Below are positions 1 to 12,179 of a stretch of DNA of 64,000 nucleotides, piece by piece. This stretch comes from Gekko japonicus. Lineage: Eukaryota. The notes under the pieces are model-generated. The model made no database searches. It was not told where the DNA came from and saw nothing but the letters and a program-made list of their open reading frames with translations. The DNA is taken from NCBI RefSeq assembly GCF_001447785.1, contig NW_015174282.1, positions 997,830-1,061,829 of the forward strand, read 5' to 3'. Every line of letters starts with the position of its first letter. Within the stretch, counting starts at the first letter, position 1. Both the position numbers and the translations under genes were made by a program.

Positions 1-849
1 TTTAAAAATGCATAGCTGCCTTTGTCTTTGCAGTGTGAACAGCTGCAATGAAATATGGAAATAAAGTTTCTTGTGTATTTCTCCTTTGAATACCATCATT
101 GTGCAGAATTTGGGCATAAAGGTAAAACGAACAGTGACTATTCTGTAAAATGTATTGAATATCTAGATTCAGTACACATTTGAGCTGATAACATACAACA
201 GGAAACAGCAGAACATCCTGTTTCTGAGAGACCGAAACAATTTTGCAAGATTTTAAATAGCTCTTTTAAATTTTCAAATTCAGCCAACCCAGACTCAGTT
301 GAGGCGATCTTGGAAAGATATACAGGCCTATGGATTCTGCATGATGCCATCTGAAACTGACAGCAAATCATGCAGCCTAATAGAACTTTTTCTAAACTAG
401 AAGATGCATACAGGCAAAAACAACCTCAACTGGAAGCCACCTGGAGTTAATGAACTTCAAATGTTTTCAAGTAAGAGGATTTGTTTCAGTGCATTAACAG
501 TGAAGACATTTTTAGAGCAGCATTGGAAGCCTCTGCCTAAAAATCAGTGCCAGTTATGCCCATGTTTTCTGATTATATTTCTGTAGCTGCTAAATATCCT
601 AAACACTTGGATGTTGGGCAAAGTGTGAACTCCTGATACTTAACTTCACTACAGGATATACAGTTCTGCTGCATATTTGGAAGAAGCAACCAGAAATGCG
701 AGACAATGATTTTATTTCCAGTGGCATGGAAATGTAATAAACTTTTTTTAAAAAACAATATATTTATTTATTAATAATATTAGATGCACTCCCCCAGCCC
801 AAATGTTCAGATTACATAAGAAACATTTAACAATGTGTCCTAACCTCAA

Positions 850-1058
850 TAGTCCAGGCAAGCCCGATTTTCATCAGACCTCGGAAGCTAAGCAGGGCCG
901 ATCCTAGCAAGTACTCGGAAGGACGACCTCCAAGGAGTACCAGGGCCCAGACACAGAGGCAGATAATATCAAAGACACCTCTCTGAAACGTCCTAGCCCC
1001 ACTAGGCGTCACCAGAAATCACCATGACTCCCAGGCTTGCAAGCACGCACACACACAT
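850..1058 (+). mobile_element. 5S rRNA-derived SINE (SINE3/5S-Sauria-like)
   Basis: Head GCCCGATTTTCATCAGACCTCGGAAGCTAAGCAGGGCCG...GTACTCGGAAGG matches the 5S rRNA internal control region. It is followed by a non-5S body and a (CA)n tail. Confidence 0.8.
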
Positions 1059-1130
1059 AACCCCCCCCCCAAGAAATATTTAACATTGTGTTAAATCACA
1101 TAATCACTAGGATGAGGAGGGAAGGTGGAA

Positions 1131-1312
1131 TGGTATAGCGTGATCTCGTCAGATCTTGAAAGCTAAGCAGTCGTACTTGAAAGGGAGACCCCCAAGGAAG
1201 ACTGCAGAGGAAGGCAATGGTAGACTACCTCTGCTTCTCACTTGCCTTGAAAGCCCCTTGCTGGCGTTGCCACAAATCAGCTGCAACTTGATGGCACTTT
1301 ACACACACACAC
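1131..1312 (+). mobile_element. 5S rRNA-derived SINE with RTE-type tail
   Basis: GATCTCGTCAGATCTTGAAAGCTAAGCAG...GTACTTG..GGGAGACC (5S-like), then GCAGAGGAAGGCAATGG...TGCCTTGAAAGCCCCTTG...GGCACTTTACACACAC. A related copy lies at ~63625-63752. Confidence 0.8.
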
Positions 1313-1320
1313 TCACTTCC

Positions 1321-1586
1321 TAGTTGTGTCCACGGACGGCCACTGGGCGCCCTCGATACAGCGGAGCTTGAGTCTGGAGAACAATGGGGACCAGGCTCCT
1401 GCACCCTGCCACTAGGGGAACCAATGGGACATTTGCGGGAGGTTTGAATGGGCCAATGGGAGGTTCCCCAGACTGTATATAAGCGGCCGGTCGGCCGTTG
1501 GTGTGTGTGTGTGTGTTGTGTACTAGTAAAGTGTGCAGTGTATCATGCGTGCCTCAGCAATTCTTCCATGCGGCTAACCCACTACA
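1321..1586 (+). mobile_element. Probable solo LTR (Gypsy-like)
   Basis: Ends in CACTACA and starts with TAGT (a partial TGTAGT inverted terminus). Contains CCAAT at 1421 and 1453, TATATAAG at 1476 and an AGTAAA poly(A)-like signal, in U3-R-U5 order. No TSD found. Confidence 0.6.
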
Positions 1587-1894
1587 CAACACTAGTGTCA
1601 AGAGGATCCACAGAATGACTTTGAACATATAACCTTGAATAGCACCTACTCCCCCTTCATCCTTACTCCAGACATTATTTCTTGGGAATATGACCACTGA
1701 ACTCTTCTATGTAAACATGCACGCTATCAGATAGAAAGGCTGCAGTTCTTTGCACACTTTTATTTATTCGACAACATTTTAACCCTGCCTTTCTGCTTTC
1801 AAAAGAATCAAAGTGGTTTAGGAGTAAATCCTACTGACCTCTGTGGGATTTACTCCTGAATAGACTTCCTTAGTATTGCATAGCAAAAAGCCTT

Positions 1895-2122
1895 AGGGTA
1901 TGATCCCCAGTGTGGTACCCATGGGTGCCAATGTGCCTTCTGGAGCTTCTTCTGGCACCCATGTATATGTTTGAGGAAGGTGGTACCCAGAAATAGCTCC
2001 TCATCCTGCTGCCAATTAACTGGACAGCAAGGCCTGCCTGCTGCCGCTCATCTGATGGTGGTACCTACTTCCCTCTCTCACAGTTCCAAAGGTGCTCACA
2101 ACTGCAATAAAGTTGGGGGTCA
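1895..2122. mobile_element. Decayed non-autonomous hAT-like element
   Basis: Degenerate termini (ATCCCCAG / TTGGGGGTCA). The internal GTGGTACCCATGGGTGCCA...TGGCACCCA motif recurs in the fragment at ~48165-48380. Confidence 0.45.
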
Positions 2123-2568
2123 TTTAAGGAATAAGTTTTTTACACTTTTGGAAAGAATGTACAGTGACAGAACTTGGCAGGCATCCCCGGGGATGCAATT
2201 CCCTAGGTGTTAAAATCAAGGCTTTATATATCAATGGATTTCATTTCCCAAAGAAAAGGCTGTAAAGAAAAACTTATTTTAGCAGTGGAGCAAAGGACGC
2301 TGTGAAATGTTGATTTTTGTGATGGACAACTTTCCATTGAGGGTTAAGAAATTATTAGCCAGAAAGCAAAGAGAACATGAAGATGTGCGTGATAGCCTGG
2401 GTACAAAACTTTTAGCACAGTAACTCACGCATGGCACTTGTAAGTTTCAGATCAATACAACTCATTTTCCCATGCGCTACATCTCTGTGGATTTTTGAAT
2501 AGCACTAAAACACATTCAAATAGTTACAGCTAGAAAAAATAAGACCGAAAGATGAATCTGTTAAGAAC

Positions 2569-2780
2569 TAGGGTTGCCAACCTCCAGATGGCACCTGGAG
2601 ATCTCCTGCTATTCTAATTGATCTCCAGATGACCAAGATCAGTTTCTCTGGAGAAAACGGCTGCTTTGGAGGGTGAACTCTATGGCATTGTACCTTGCTG
2701 AGGTCCCTCCCCTCCCTAAACCTCACTGTCCCCAGGCCCAAAATCTCCAGATATTTCTCAATCCAGAGCTAGCAACCCTA
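2569..2780. mobile_element. MITE with TAGGGTTGC TIRs (hAT/Blackjack-type)
   Basis: Starts TAGGGTTGCCAA and ends CTAGCAACCCTA; 212 bp. A partial related copy lies at ~57130-57300. Confidence 0.85.
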
Positions 2781-2997
2781 AATCTTATGGCTGTGTATGG
2801 CCTGGGGGAATTCCACAACCCACAAAAATAGATGCCCCCCACAGGCTTAACTTGATTGGTTTAAGGGTGGGCTGTACTTTTTGTGTCTACTTTAGACTGT
2901 ATCAGACTTAGGATGCAATGTATACCTTTGATGTCTCACAGAACAGAAGCATAGGACTGGCTTGGACCACAGAGTAATAAACTTCAAACCCTATTTT

Positions 2998-3190
2998 GCC
3001 AGTGCAGCATGGTATAGCAGTTAGAGTGTCAGGCTACGACTGAAATTCTCTTGTCTCTGGGTGACCCTGAGCCTGCCACTCTTCCTTAGCTTAACCTAGT
3101 TCACAGGGGTTTCTGAGGAGAAAGTATAGGAGAAAAGAACCATCTATGTTGCTCTGAATTGCCTTGGAAGAAGGGCGGCATAAAGTGTAA
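2998..3190 (+). mobile_element. Old tRNA-derived SINE (Squam3-like)
   Basis: A-box-like TGGTATAGCAGTTAGAGTGTCAG, then GGTGACCCTG and TAACCTAGTTCACAGGG body. Similar copies lie at ~13073-13235, ~31130-31275 and ~47690-47850. Confidence 0.65.
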
Positions 3191-4739
3191 TCAAGTCTTC
3201 CCTCACTACACTCTGGAAAGTCAACTTCGTAATTTTCACAAGCAGAGAGCAGGGGGCAGATTAGATCTCTTGTATCACTACCATTGTACATAGATCAATT
3301 TGGAATTGGGACTCTAAAAACTGCAATGAATGGGAGGAATGAATTATTATATTATTGCATTTTCTGCCATCCAGTAAATAAATAACAGAAACCTAAGATA
3401 GGCTTCAAGGCTGTAATCCTAGGGATATTTACTTAGGAATGCGTTACACAGACCTCAGTGGAATATATGTCAGAGCCGACATGCTTAGGATCCATCTTCA
3501 TCATCACGGTTTTAATTCCACAGATTAAATCATGTTCCCTTTTTCTGTTCTAACAATGGTTAGCAAATAATTCAATTAATTATTTCACATATCAGCAGCT
3601 TTGTTAAATCACTCGCTATGGGGAAGTTAGCCTTCACAGTTTCTCAGTTTGGATTATCTATTACATTTTAAACTATATGTCCTTGGCAAACTAGTTTCCT
3701 GCTACAGTGTAATTCATTTTGGAGATTACAATAAATGTTGTTGATGTCTCCGTCTTCTAGGTCCCTTAATCTGCCCTATGATTGTGATGGTTGCTTAATA
3801 TGAATTCAAATGCCCATAAAACATATTTATCAATGCACACATTCCAGCACTAGAGAGTATCTCCAGACCCCAGTATTTGCCAAAGTGCCAAGAATCCAAC
3901 ACCAAAAGTGGAATATGGGGGAACAAAAATTTAGCCATTTGTGAAAAGTATTGGCGTGAGTATAAGAGAAACATCCAGAATTTTACACGCCCAGGAAATG
4001 TAACCACTAAAACAACCCAGATGTCAAAAGCTGTATTTGTTTTCTTTACCGAAGAATCAAAGAACATTTGTCAGACACGTGGTATTTTCCCATTTTGTAT
4101 GATCAACCATTTTATTCTGATGTCTAATGATAGATCTGTCAGTGAGTGCCATCCTAAGCAGGTCTACTTAGAATCCTATTCAATGGGGCTTACTCCCATG
4201 AGAGAGTTCTTAAGATTGCACTGTGTGTTTCATAAACCGGCACAGTATTGAATCAGCAGACTTTTTAGTCTTTATTTTTGTAAAAACACACTTGCAGGTC
4301 TGCAGTTGGGGAACGAGAACCCTAACCCCCCCCCCACATTAGATGGACTGGATTCTTTCGCTCTCTCTTTGTTAAATGAGAGTGGATTTTCCACTGGCTT
4401 CCAGCTGACGCTCAGCTAGGTCCGTCTTTTTCTTTGCCTCACGACAGGAGCTAGAAAAGAAGCCTTTCCAGAAAGAGGTCGGGAAGGAAGTTTCCTCTTT
4501 ACTAAAGGGGCGCATCAGCAGTTAGCCGCCTGCGCCTTCGCTCTTTTCCTCCCGTCAGAAGGGAAAGGACTTGCTTCTGAGGCCACTTTTGCGCCTGGCG
4601 AAGGCAGGGAGTGGCGGCGGCGGCGGCGGAGTTGATGCCGATGCGCCTCGGCCCTCCCCGTCCCTCCTCTCTCGCTGGGTAGCAGCGCGGGGAGGAGGAG
4701 AAGGAGGAGGAGGGTGAGCGGTGGGAGGGTCCCCATTGA

Positions 4740-4876
4740 AATAAACAAGCAGCCAGTTATTAAAACGGGAACATGGCGGCCGCGAAGGACTCGGCAGCTC
4801 CAGCTTCCTCTTACAAAGCGAAGGTCAGCGCTGGCGGCAGCCTGGGCGACAGGAGCCGGAGACGTTACTGACCTCG
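4740..4876 (+). other. NCOA2: Non-coding first exon, probably NCOA2 (nuclear receptor coactivator 2); 5' boundary uncertain
   Basis: GGCGGCCGC...CTCGGC...CAGCTTC...GCGAAGGTCAGCGC..GCGGCAGCC...GACGTTACTGACC is collinear with my recollection of the human NCOA2 5' leader (memory only, not searched). Donor CTCG|GTAAAA at 4876/4877. No coding exon follows for ~59 kb, which fits a very large intron 1. Confidence 0.65.
4773..4871 (+). CDS. Upstream ORF, 32 aa (MAAAKDSAAPASSYKAKVSAGGSLGDRSRRRY*)
   Basis: ATG in strong Kozak context (AACATGG). The frame is open to TGA at 4869-4871, 5 nt before the splice donor. Translation is not demonstrated. Confidence 0.45.
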   Translation: MAAAKDSAAPASSYKAKVSAGGSLGDRSRRRY

Positions 4877-7800
4877 GTAAAAGAAGGCGCCCACGTACCC
4901 CTTCCCCCGCCTAGCTGCTAGGCCTCACTCCGCAGGCTAGGTTGGGGAGCGAGTAGGAGAGGGATCCCTCCCCAGTAGTATGTTGTATAATCGGGGTTGT
5001 GTGTGGTGCTGGCTGGGGATGGCTGGTGAGGACAGATGCTTTGAAAGCCACCCAAGGCAGGCAAAAAAGGGGGTGGCGACTCGGCTTGCTCTGACCCCCC
5101 CCCTCCATCACTCTCTTTTCCCTCCCCATGCAGAAGAAGCAAGTTGTGGGTCCCCCCACCCCCTTTCAGAAGTGGAGACCGGGGGGGGGGGGGGGGGTCG
5201 GCCCCCCAGTCCGAGGCCACTTTTCTTTTATGACTGGCGGGTGTGTGGTTGTTTAATGGAAATGCGTGCGCGGGGGTGGTGTAGAGATTCGCTTCTGTTT
5301 AAAGTTGCCCCCCCCTTCCCCTTCCCCTTCAAGGTGGCGGCTCGTCCCTCAGGGTGAGAGAGAAAGGGGCGCCCAGGCGAAAAAGGGACGGGAGCGGGAG
5401 AAGAGGAAAGGGGGTCATGAATGTTGCTGGCGGCGGGGAAGTGGAAGGGGGTGTTAATGGCGAAGGCTGGCCGCTATTCCTTCTCCCCCCCCCCACCCCC
5501 ACCCCGGGTCTCAATGGGGAGGAGGACCGCTCCGCGATAGAAAGGACTTCAGGGGTGGCAGCTGCGTGGCTGACAATGAGGACCCCTTGCGCGGGGCGGG
5601 GAGGGGGGAGAGCGAGCGTGGTGCGGAGGAGAGAGGCTGGGGTCTCTCTTCCGAGGCAAGGAGGGTGCTTGGCTTCCCCTGGGGACAGGCTGGTGGTGAC
5701 ACCCCGGCGAGCGTGAGAGGAATGATGATCCAGCGAAGGAGGCTGGCTCGCGGAGAGGCGGCGGCGGCGGGGATGTCTTTTTGCTGACAGTCGCCTCCAA
5801 GATCGGGCCAGGGTGGCGGCGACGGCGGCTTGCTTCAGCCTTTTCTTCTTCCCCCCACTCCGGCCGCCGATGGGGCTTTAACTTCTCTTAACTTTGGTAC
5901 GCAGAGGACCGGCCGTCGAAGTCCCCCTTGCTAGGCTCGTTTGACTGGTGCCCGGCTTTCCGGGCGACGGTGGCGGCGGCCTGGAAAGCCTTGGAGGGCG
6001 GCGGGTTTGCAGCGCGCCCCTGTCCCCGTGGATCCAGCCTTGCGGCCGCCTCCTCCTTTTAACTCCCCGGGGGCTGCGTTGATGGATCGATTGAACTCCC
6101 TCTCTGTGTGTGTATTTGTGGAGACTCCACCTTCCCTTTCTGCATAGGACTCCTTTTTGTTTAATGTGGGGCTCGGCTACTCCTCGGAGGGAGTGGGGAA
6201 GAGGAGCCTAATTCCAGCCTCCCTCCCCCTATTGTATGTGGCGGATGACATACCCCTCCCTTCCCCAGTGTGCCAGTGAGGGTGTGCGTCGTCTAATCCC
6301 CTCTCCACCTGCTCCCTGAGCTACCCTTGTGCAGGGGAGGGTGCCGGCGAGTGGGTATCAAACACAAACAACCGTCCTCGTCTTCTCCCTCGTCTCTTCA
6401 CCTACCAAAAGATCCCTGCTTGCGATTGAACTGGGGGTGTTTTCATCTCGAGGCCAGTGATTTTCATCTTACACAGAGATGGCGTTTTCTTTTCTTTTGC
6501 AGGCAGACGCTCTTGTGTTCGAGGCTCTGCCGACAGTAGTGTTGCAAAGGTATCCAGGGTTATTGGTTGTCTTGGCAACTTTGACTTTGTTCATGCAATA
6601 TGTATTTTCATCTAGACCGTTCTTCCATATGCTCTGCAATCGATCTAGTTAGTGCTGAGGGTTCGTTGAGCTGAACTATATGACATATTTGGAATAGATG
6701 AAAGAGAGGAAAATGGAGTAAACTTGTCTACTTTGCCCTTTAATCACTTAACAGAGCATTTTAGAGACAGATGCTATGGTAGCCAGCCTTAGGTTCTGGG
6801 AAATGTATTGATCTGCTCCTGAAACCAACTTTTGAGAATGTTCACGGTGGATGCGAATGTCCACCTGAAGTTGTGTGGAAAGTTGTTGGCTAAAACAAGC
6901 CAGTTAAACAATTCCCTTGTCTCACCAGGGGACCCTGGGAACTGTAGTTCTTTAAAAGGAGTTAGAAATTGTTAACCTCTTCATATTTCTGTTTCTTTGG
7001 GGGAAGGTGTGACATTGAAACTGCTAAACCCAGTATACATATGTAATATAAGTAAAGGCTTATTCATAATTTGGATAGATAGAAGCCATTTCCTTCCTTC
7101 CTGTTGAAGGTTGCCTACCTGAACATTTCTTTGAGAGCTGTCTTTTTGGTGTATAAATCAATCGCAGTGTCAGTATGTGATATATTAGAGTGTTGAGAGA
7201 ATGGCTAGTGTACAATAAACAGTGTATTATAGTTTGTTTTCCCCCCCCCCTTTGTACAATTGCAGAATTTACCACAACAGTCTTGTTAATAAGAAGAAAA
7301 ATGTAACTTTCCTGGTATCAGGAAGGTGATTTCCTTGTATAGTTAATTTTTAAAAAGAAAACAAATTTGGTATTTTTTTGAGACAATGTCACAATTCAGG
7401 AACATGAGTCTGACAACTGAATTTTTCACACACCAAATGTGTGGCTTCATAGTTGGCAAGGACAGGGTAGCTGAAACTTTATTAAGGGCTCTCTGAGTAG
7501 TTGGAAATCTAACATTGTTGGTTGGTTGTACTTTAGATACTTGTGCTAGTAGCTACACCATTCCACTGAGTGCTGTTTGCTTTAGAAACTATTGCTCTTC
7601 AACCATTGAAGCATGACAAAATTCTTTGAAAAATATTATGACACCCCTCCCCCACACACAAATGTTGAGGTTTTGTGTGAGTGATTATCCAGCTTTTCTT
7701 TGAGTAATCTGCGATACTCTCATGAAATAAACTTTACAACTTGCCACAATCATTGGTCATTTAATTTTAATTTTGAATAATCACCCTTCTGCTTGAGAGC

Positions 7801-10800
7801 CTATATGATATGCTAATAGTGCTTTGTCTATTGGGGTAATCATGGGGCAAAATGTTTGATTGCATAGAAATTCTGTTAAAGAAAAAATAGAATACACTAA
7901 AATGGACCAGTACACTCAATTCAGAATAGGCTTATCTTGTGCACTGTGTTGTAAATGGTATATTAAAAGATGAAGGTTTACTGTTAGGTGCAATATGATT
8001 AAATTGCTGGAGTTAGCTTTTACTGCATTTTGCTTTATAATAGGAGTGAGCATGCCCATCTGTAAAGAGTGCAGGTTGGTCTGTAGGAATAGCAAAGTCA
8101 TTTAGAAAGACAGCTGCTAGTACAATGCTCACTGTTTTCTGCTCTCTCCTTTTGTTGATGATGTCACTGACATGTTGGCGTAAGCTGAATTCCCTATGCT
8201 AAACTGAAACTCAAGCAGGGAGGATACAGATAAGACATCTTAAAGATCTGACCCGTATCTGAGAAAAATAAGAGAAGTCTTAAATATTTTCTGATCAGTA
8301 TGTTGTACGATGAATGTCAGTGGTCTGAGTTTGTACACATGGATTTTGTTCCATATCGTTTTATTCTAAACACTGAGAATTTAGCATAACAAAACCTAAA
8401 ATCTGATTGCATACTTGGCAAGTTCATTGTGTTTCTTTCTTCTTATATTAAAGAGAGATACTAGTAATATATGGTGAAATTATTTGGTGGCATTTCTTTT
8501 TGAAGGATTAAAATCTAGATGTGTTTTGTTACAGATCACAAATTTTCTATTGCACTGAAATTAAATGGTATTAAGCAATGAAGATCATTTATCTAATTGT
8601 TCCTTCTGTGTATCTGCGCATATGTTACTAAAGACTTGCCTAATCAGACCCATACTATAAAATAATTAAATTGCAAATGATCATTATGTACCCTCACATT
8701 TTTAATGGGGCTAAAAAGGCAGCTCACCACTGTTTCATTCTCTGAAAATGTTATTTGATCATTTTGGATAGTGTACAGAGGGAATGCAGTTGGGGGTGGG
8801 AAAGAACTTCTTGAACATATGGAGATAACCAGAAAGATGTGCATCGTCAGCTGTGGTTCCATTGTATGCATTCAGATAGAAACTGAGCTATTTTTCCTCT
8901 TGGGGATTTTGGTCTTACAGAGGAATTTTTTTTTTTAACTTCAAGATGTACTGATAATGAAGCCTGAAGCAGTAAACTAACAATGCACATGCATGATGTT
9001 AATTTTCTAAAACATTACTACATTATTGCATCAATGCAAGTGAATTTCTTAGCAGTTACGGTTCCTACACATAAAATAAACTATTCATATGGTAAATAGG
9101 ATGTTTCATATTGGCTTTATTTAATCAGTAGTTATATTATTAATGGCTTATTAGCAACATATCAATTACACAAACACATAATGAGCTAAAGAGTCAATAG
9201 CTTAATGTTTCAGATTACATGGTGAACTTGGAAATTTAAAATTTCTTATGTTCTAAGTTTGGAATATGAATTGGGGTGGTGGTTGCAGGAAACGAACTTT
9301 GATATTTTGAATACTTAGTTTTGATTTTTTTCAAACAAGATTCCCCACCCCCACCCCCAAGTTGCAGCTGACTTACGGCAACTTCTCCTGAGGGATTTCA
9401 AGGCAAGAGACATTCAGATATGGTTTGCCATTGCCTGCCATTAAGTGAAAGTAAGGTCATTGTTTGCCCATAATGAGTATAGAACTCACATGACATGGAT
9501 AATTGAAATAATGTGTAATAGCTTCCATTGCAAACACTCATTTTATTGTATAAATTTTACCTGTCATGTGTTTGCATTTCAGTAGGTCCCATGCTGCCAC
9601 CTTGCCCTGGAATGATTGAAGACCACTGATATACAGTATCTTATAAAGACTGACTGATTGCGGGAGGTTGATGTAACTTTATGGGGCATATATTGTTGCA
9701 AATGACTATTTATGTGGTTGGGGTTTTTTCCATTAAAAAGACTTTGGTAAAGAGAAAGGCAGCTCTCCAGATCCTATCATAATGACTTAAAACATTTGTG
9801 AACTGTATGATCTGCTGCTCCTACAGGGATGTAATTGGGACATGTCACTTTGAGCTGTCACAATAGCTGGATCATGTTTTGGTGCATTTGGGTATGAAAA
9901 CATAAGTGGCTTTTGAAGTTTAACCTGTACCCTGCAAATGAAGACAGAGAGATGCCTCAGTTAGCAGTTTTTCCTTTTCCTGTATGCAACCTGAAATTCC
10001 TAAAATTCATCCATTTATCATTGTGTCTCACTGACATCAATGACAATGCCTTTGGTATAGCAGCCACATTTTTGATTTAGTGCCGTTAATCTATCACCTT
10101 TTAAAGAGATAAACCTATTTAGCTTGTCAGGTACATTTAACTTATTGTTGATGATGACATTTAAGGTGCTCATTAAGTGTTCTGAAGGTCTGTAGATGGG
10201 TAGAAGAATGACCTTGAATGTCCCAAATTGATCACAAACTTTAAAGATGAGCTAGTGGGAAAAATAATAATTGCATCTGGACTCTAGTACTGATAGGTTT
10301 CTTCGTTATGAAAAAAGCGTTTGCAAAGAGTATGAAGGTAGAATTTCATTTATTCTCTGCCAGACATTTATTTTCTTCATTGTTGAGTTTTGCTTTCCAT
10401 CATACTTTTTCAATTGTACTGTTAATTGTAATGTTTTTCAGTTGTAATGTAATTGTAATGTATTTAGGTAATAGCAAAAATTCATGTAACACTAGTTTCA
10501 AAGCCTAGTGTGTTCAGTCTGTTGGACATGTTTGCTAAGGGCATACTCTTCCAAACAATCTACTATGAAGCTTGTGGCAGCATTTTTTTAATTGCAGTAC
10601 CATTGCCTTTTCAGTATAAAATCCTGAATCTAGACATGGAGCCTTTCTTGTTTATCTTGTGAGTTCATAAACAATCCCAAGGCAGTGTACCTTCTTGTTG
10701 ATAAGGTTCTGTGGGAGCATACACGTGTCTGTGTTTTTGTATGTGTGATGGGGAGAAGGGAGGGTAGTGGTATGCATGGCAGCCATTTACCATGTCTCCA

Positions 10801-11258
10801 TCTTCCTGACTTAGTTCTGATTGCAAAGTATTATTGCAGGATGTTTCACTGGTGGATGCAAATGACATGTGTTAGAATTGGAAATTTATAGGTAGGGTGT
10901 TATAGTTGCAGGAAATCTTTCTGGCAGGACCAGAAAATCCCATACATCTAGTTACAGTACTAAATATTAGTTTCCGGTGCTTAAAAGCTTTGTAACTTTT
11001 ACCCTAGCCATGTATAAGGCTGGTGCTTAACATAATGCTTTTTGAAGGTCTTAACATGAAAGATTTTAAAGTCCTAACATGTGGAATCTCTACTTGTGTG
11101 ACTTGAATGTTCATAAGTGTATACAAACTTACAATTCAGTCTTATTTCACACCTTTGTTCTGAATCTAAGTTCTTCTTAATGCAGCATTTGTATGTTCCT
11201 TATTTCCTACTTTTGTCCTTGATTCGTTTGATCTACAGTGAGTTAGTTAGCTAACTTA

Positions 11259-11773
11259 GGCTGCGGTCACACGGAGCATTAGGCACGCTAGAGAGACGGA
11301 AGACAGGCGGATTTTCCGGGCGCGATCTCACCGCCACATCTGGGAAGCGTAGAGCTCCTGTGGCTCACCCGAGGCTTCACTCCGAAGATACGCTGTAAAA
11401 AACTAGTACCTCCGAGGTACTAGTTTCCGGAAACCGCGGGGCATGGGCAGGCGTCTGATCACGTTTCCGGTGGTAGTTCCGGCGCCCGCCCATGTCCCCT
11501 CGCAAAAAGGGGTTTTTCCCCCCAAGTCTCCACGGATGTGCACAAGCACCCAGCAGAGCATGCGCACATTTTAGTTAAAAAAAACCCCCACAATGCCGTT
11601 TGCCCCGTGGCCCCGCTTCTTTGCAGCGCCGCAGGATTGTCCTGTGATCTGCACCTCCCCCCTAACCACGGGACCTCCACGGGCCGTCTGCTCGCGCAAC
11701 TGCGCGTTATTTTGCCCCGGGGCAAACAGCCACGCTTCCCCCCCCGCATTTTCCGGCCCGTATGACCGGGGCC
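11259..11773. mobile_element. PIF/Harbinger-type MITE, 515 bp
   Basis: TIRs GGCTGCGGTCACACGG / CCGTATGACCGGGGCC. 3-bp TTA TSD at 11256-11258 and 11774-11776. CpG-rich. Confidence 0.85.
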
Positions 11774-12179
11774 TTAATTTATTTTAAATTGTGTGTTCGT
11801 ATGTGTGAGTAACTATGACAAAGCACCTTGTCATATAGAAAAACACATTTAAAAGTCTATCTTGGCATAGGCTAATGAATATTACATTTACTTAGGAAAC
11901 CTTCACATAAGCAAGTATCGGTCAGCTATAGATTTGTGTCAAGTTAGCCTTTTCAGGAAAAAAATGTTGAAAAATTAGTGGCAGAACAATTCCAGGCTTA
12001 CTTGGATGGCACATCTGCCTTTGACCCTTTTCAGTTAGGCTTGGCTTTGGGGAAGAAATAGTTTTAATAGTGCTGGTTGGTGATCTTTATATCCACATGG
12101 ATAAGGAAATGCCTCCCTGCTACTTCTGTTAGATCTTTTGGCTGCTTTCAGCACTACAAACCATGACTTACTGCTGAAG

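Larger units (their letters stand above)
4500..6200 (+). promoter_or_regulatory. CpG-island promoter of the host gene
   Basis: A ~1.7-kb GC- and CpG-rich block in an otherwise AT-rich, CpG-depleted window. It has (GGC)n runs, GC boxes and a YY1-type motif AACATGGCGGC at 4770-4780. Confidence 0.9.

Noticed and set aside
190-640. Coding-like stretch with several in-frame stops (AEHPVSERPKQF...AAKYPKHLDVG)
   Set aside because: No motif or family could be recognised, so it may be chance. BLASTX is needed.
861-945. 5S rRNA gene
   Set aside because: Diverged, lacks proper 5S ends and terminator, and continues into a SINE body.
3877-4251. 124-aa ORF upstream of the promoter
   Set aside because: Non-ATG start, no recognisable domain, and its 3' end runs through a short palindromic repeat (~4145-4225).
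4515-6147. Many overlapping ORFs in the CpG island
   Set aside because: Expected from stop-codon scarcity in GC-rich DNA. The translations are low-complexity.
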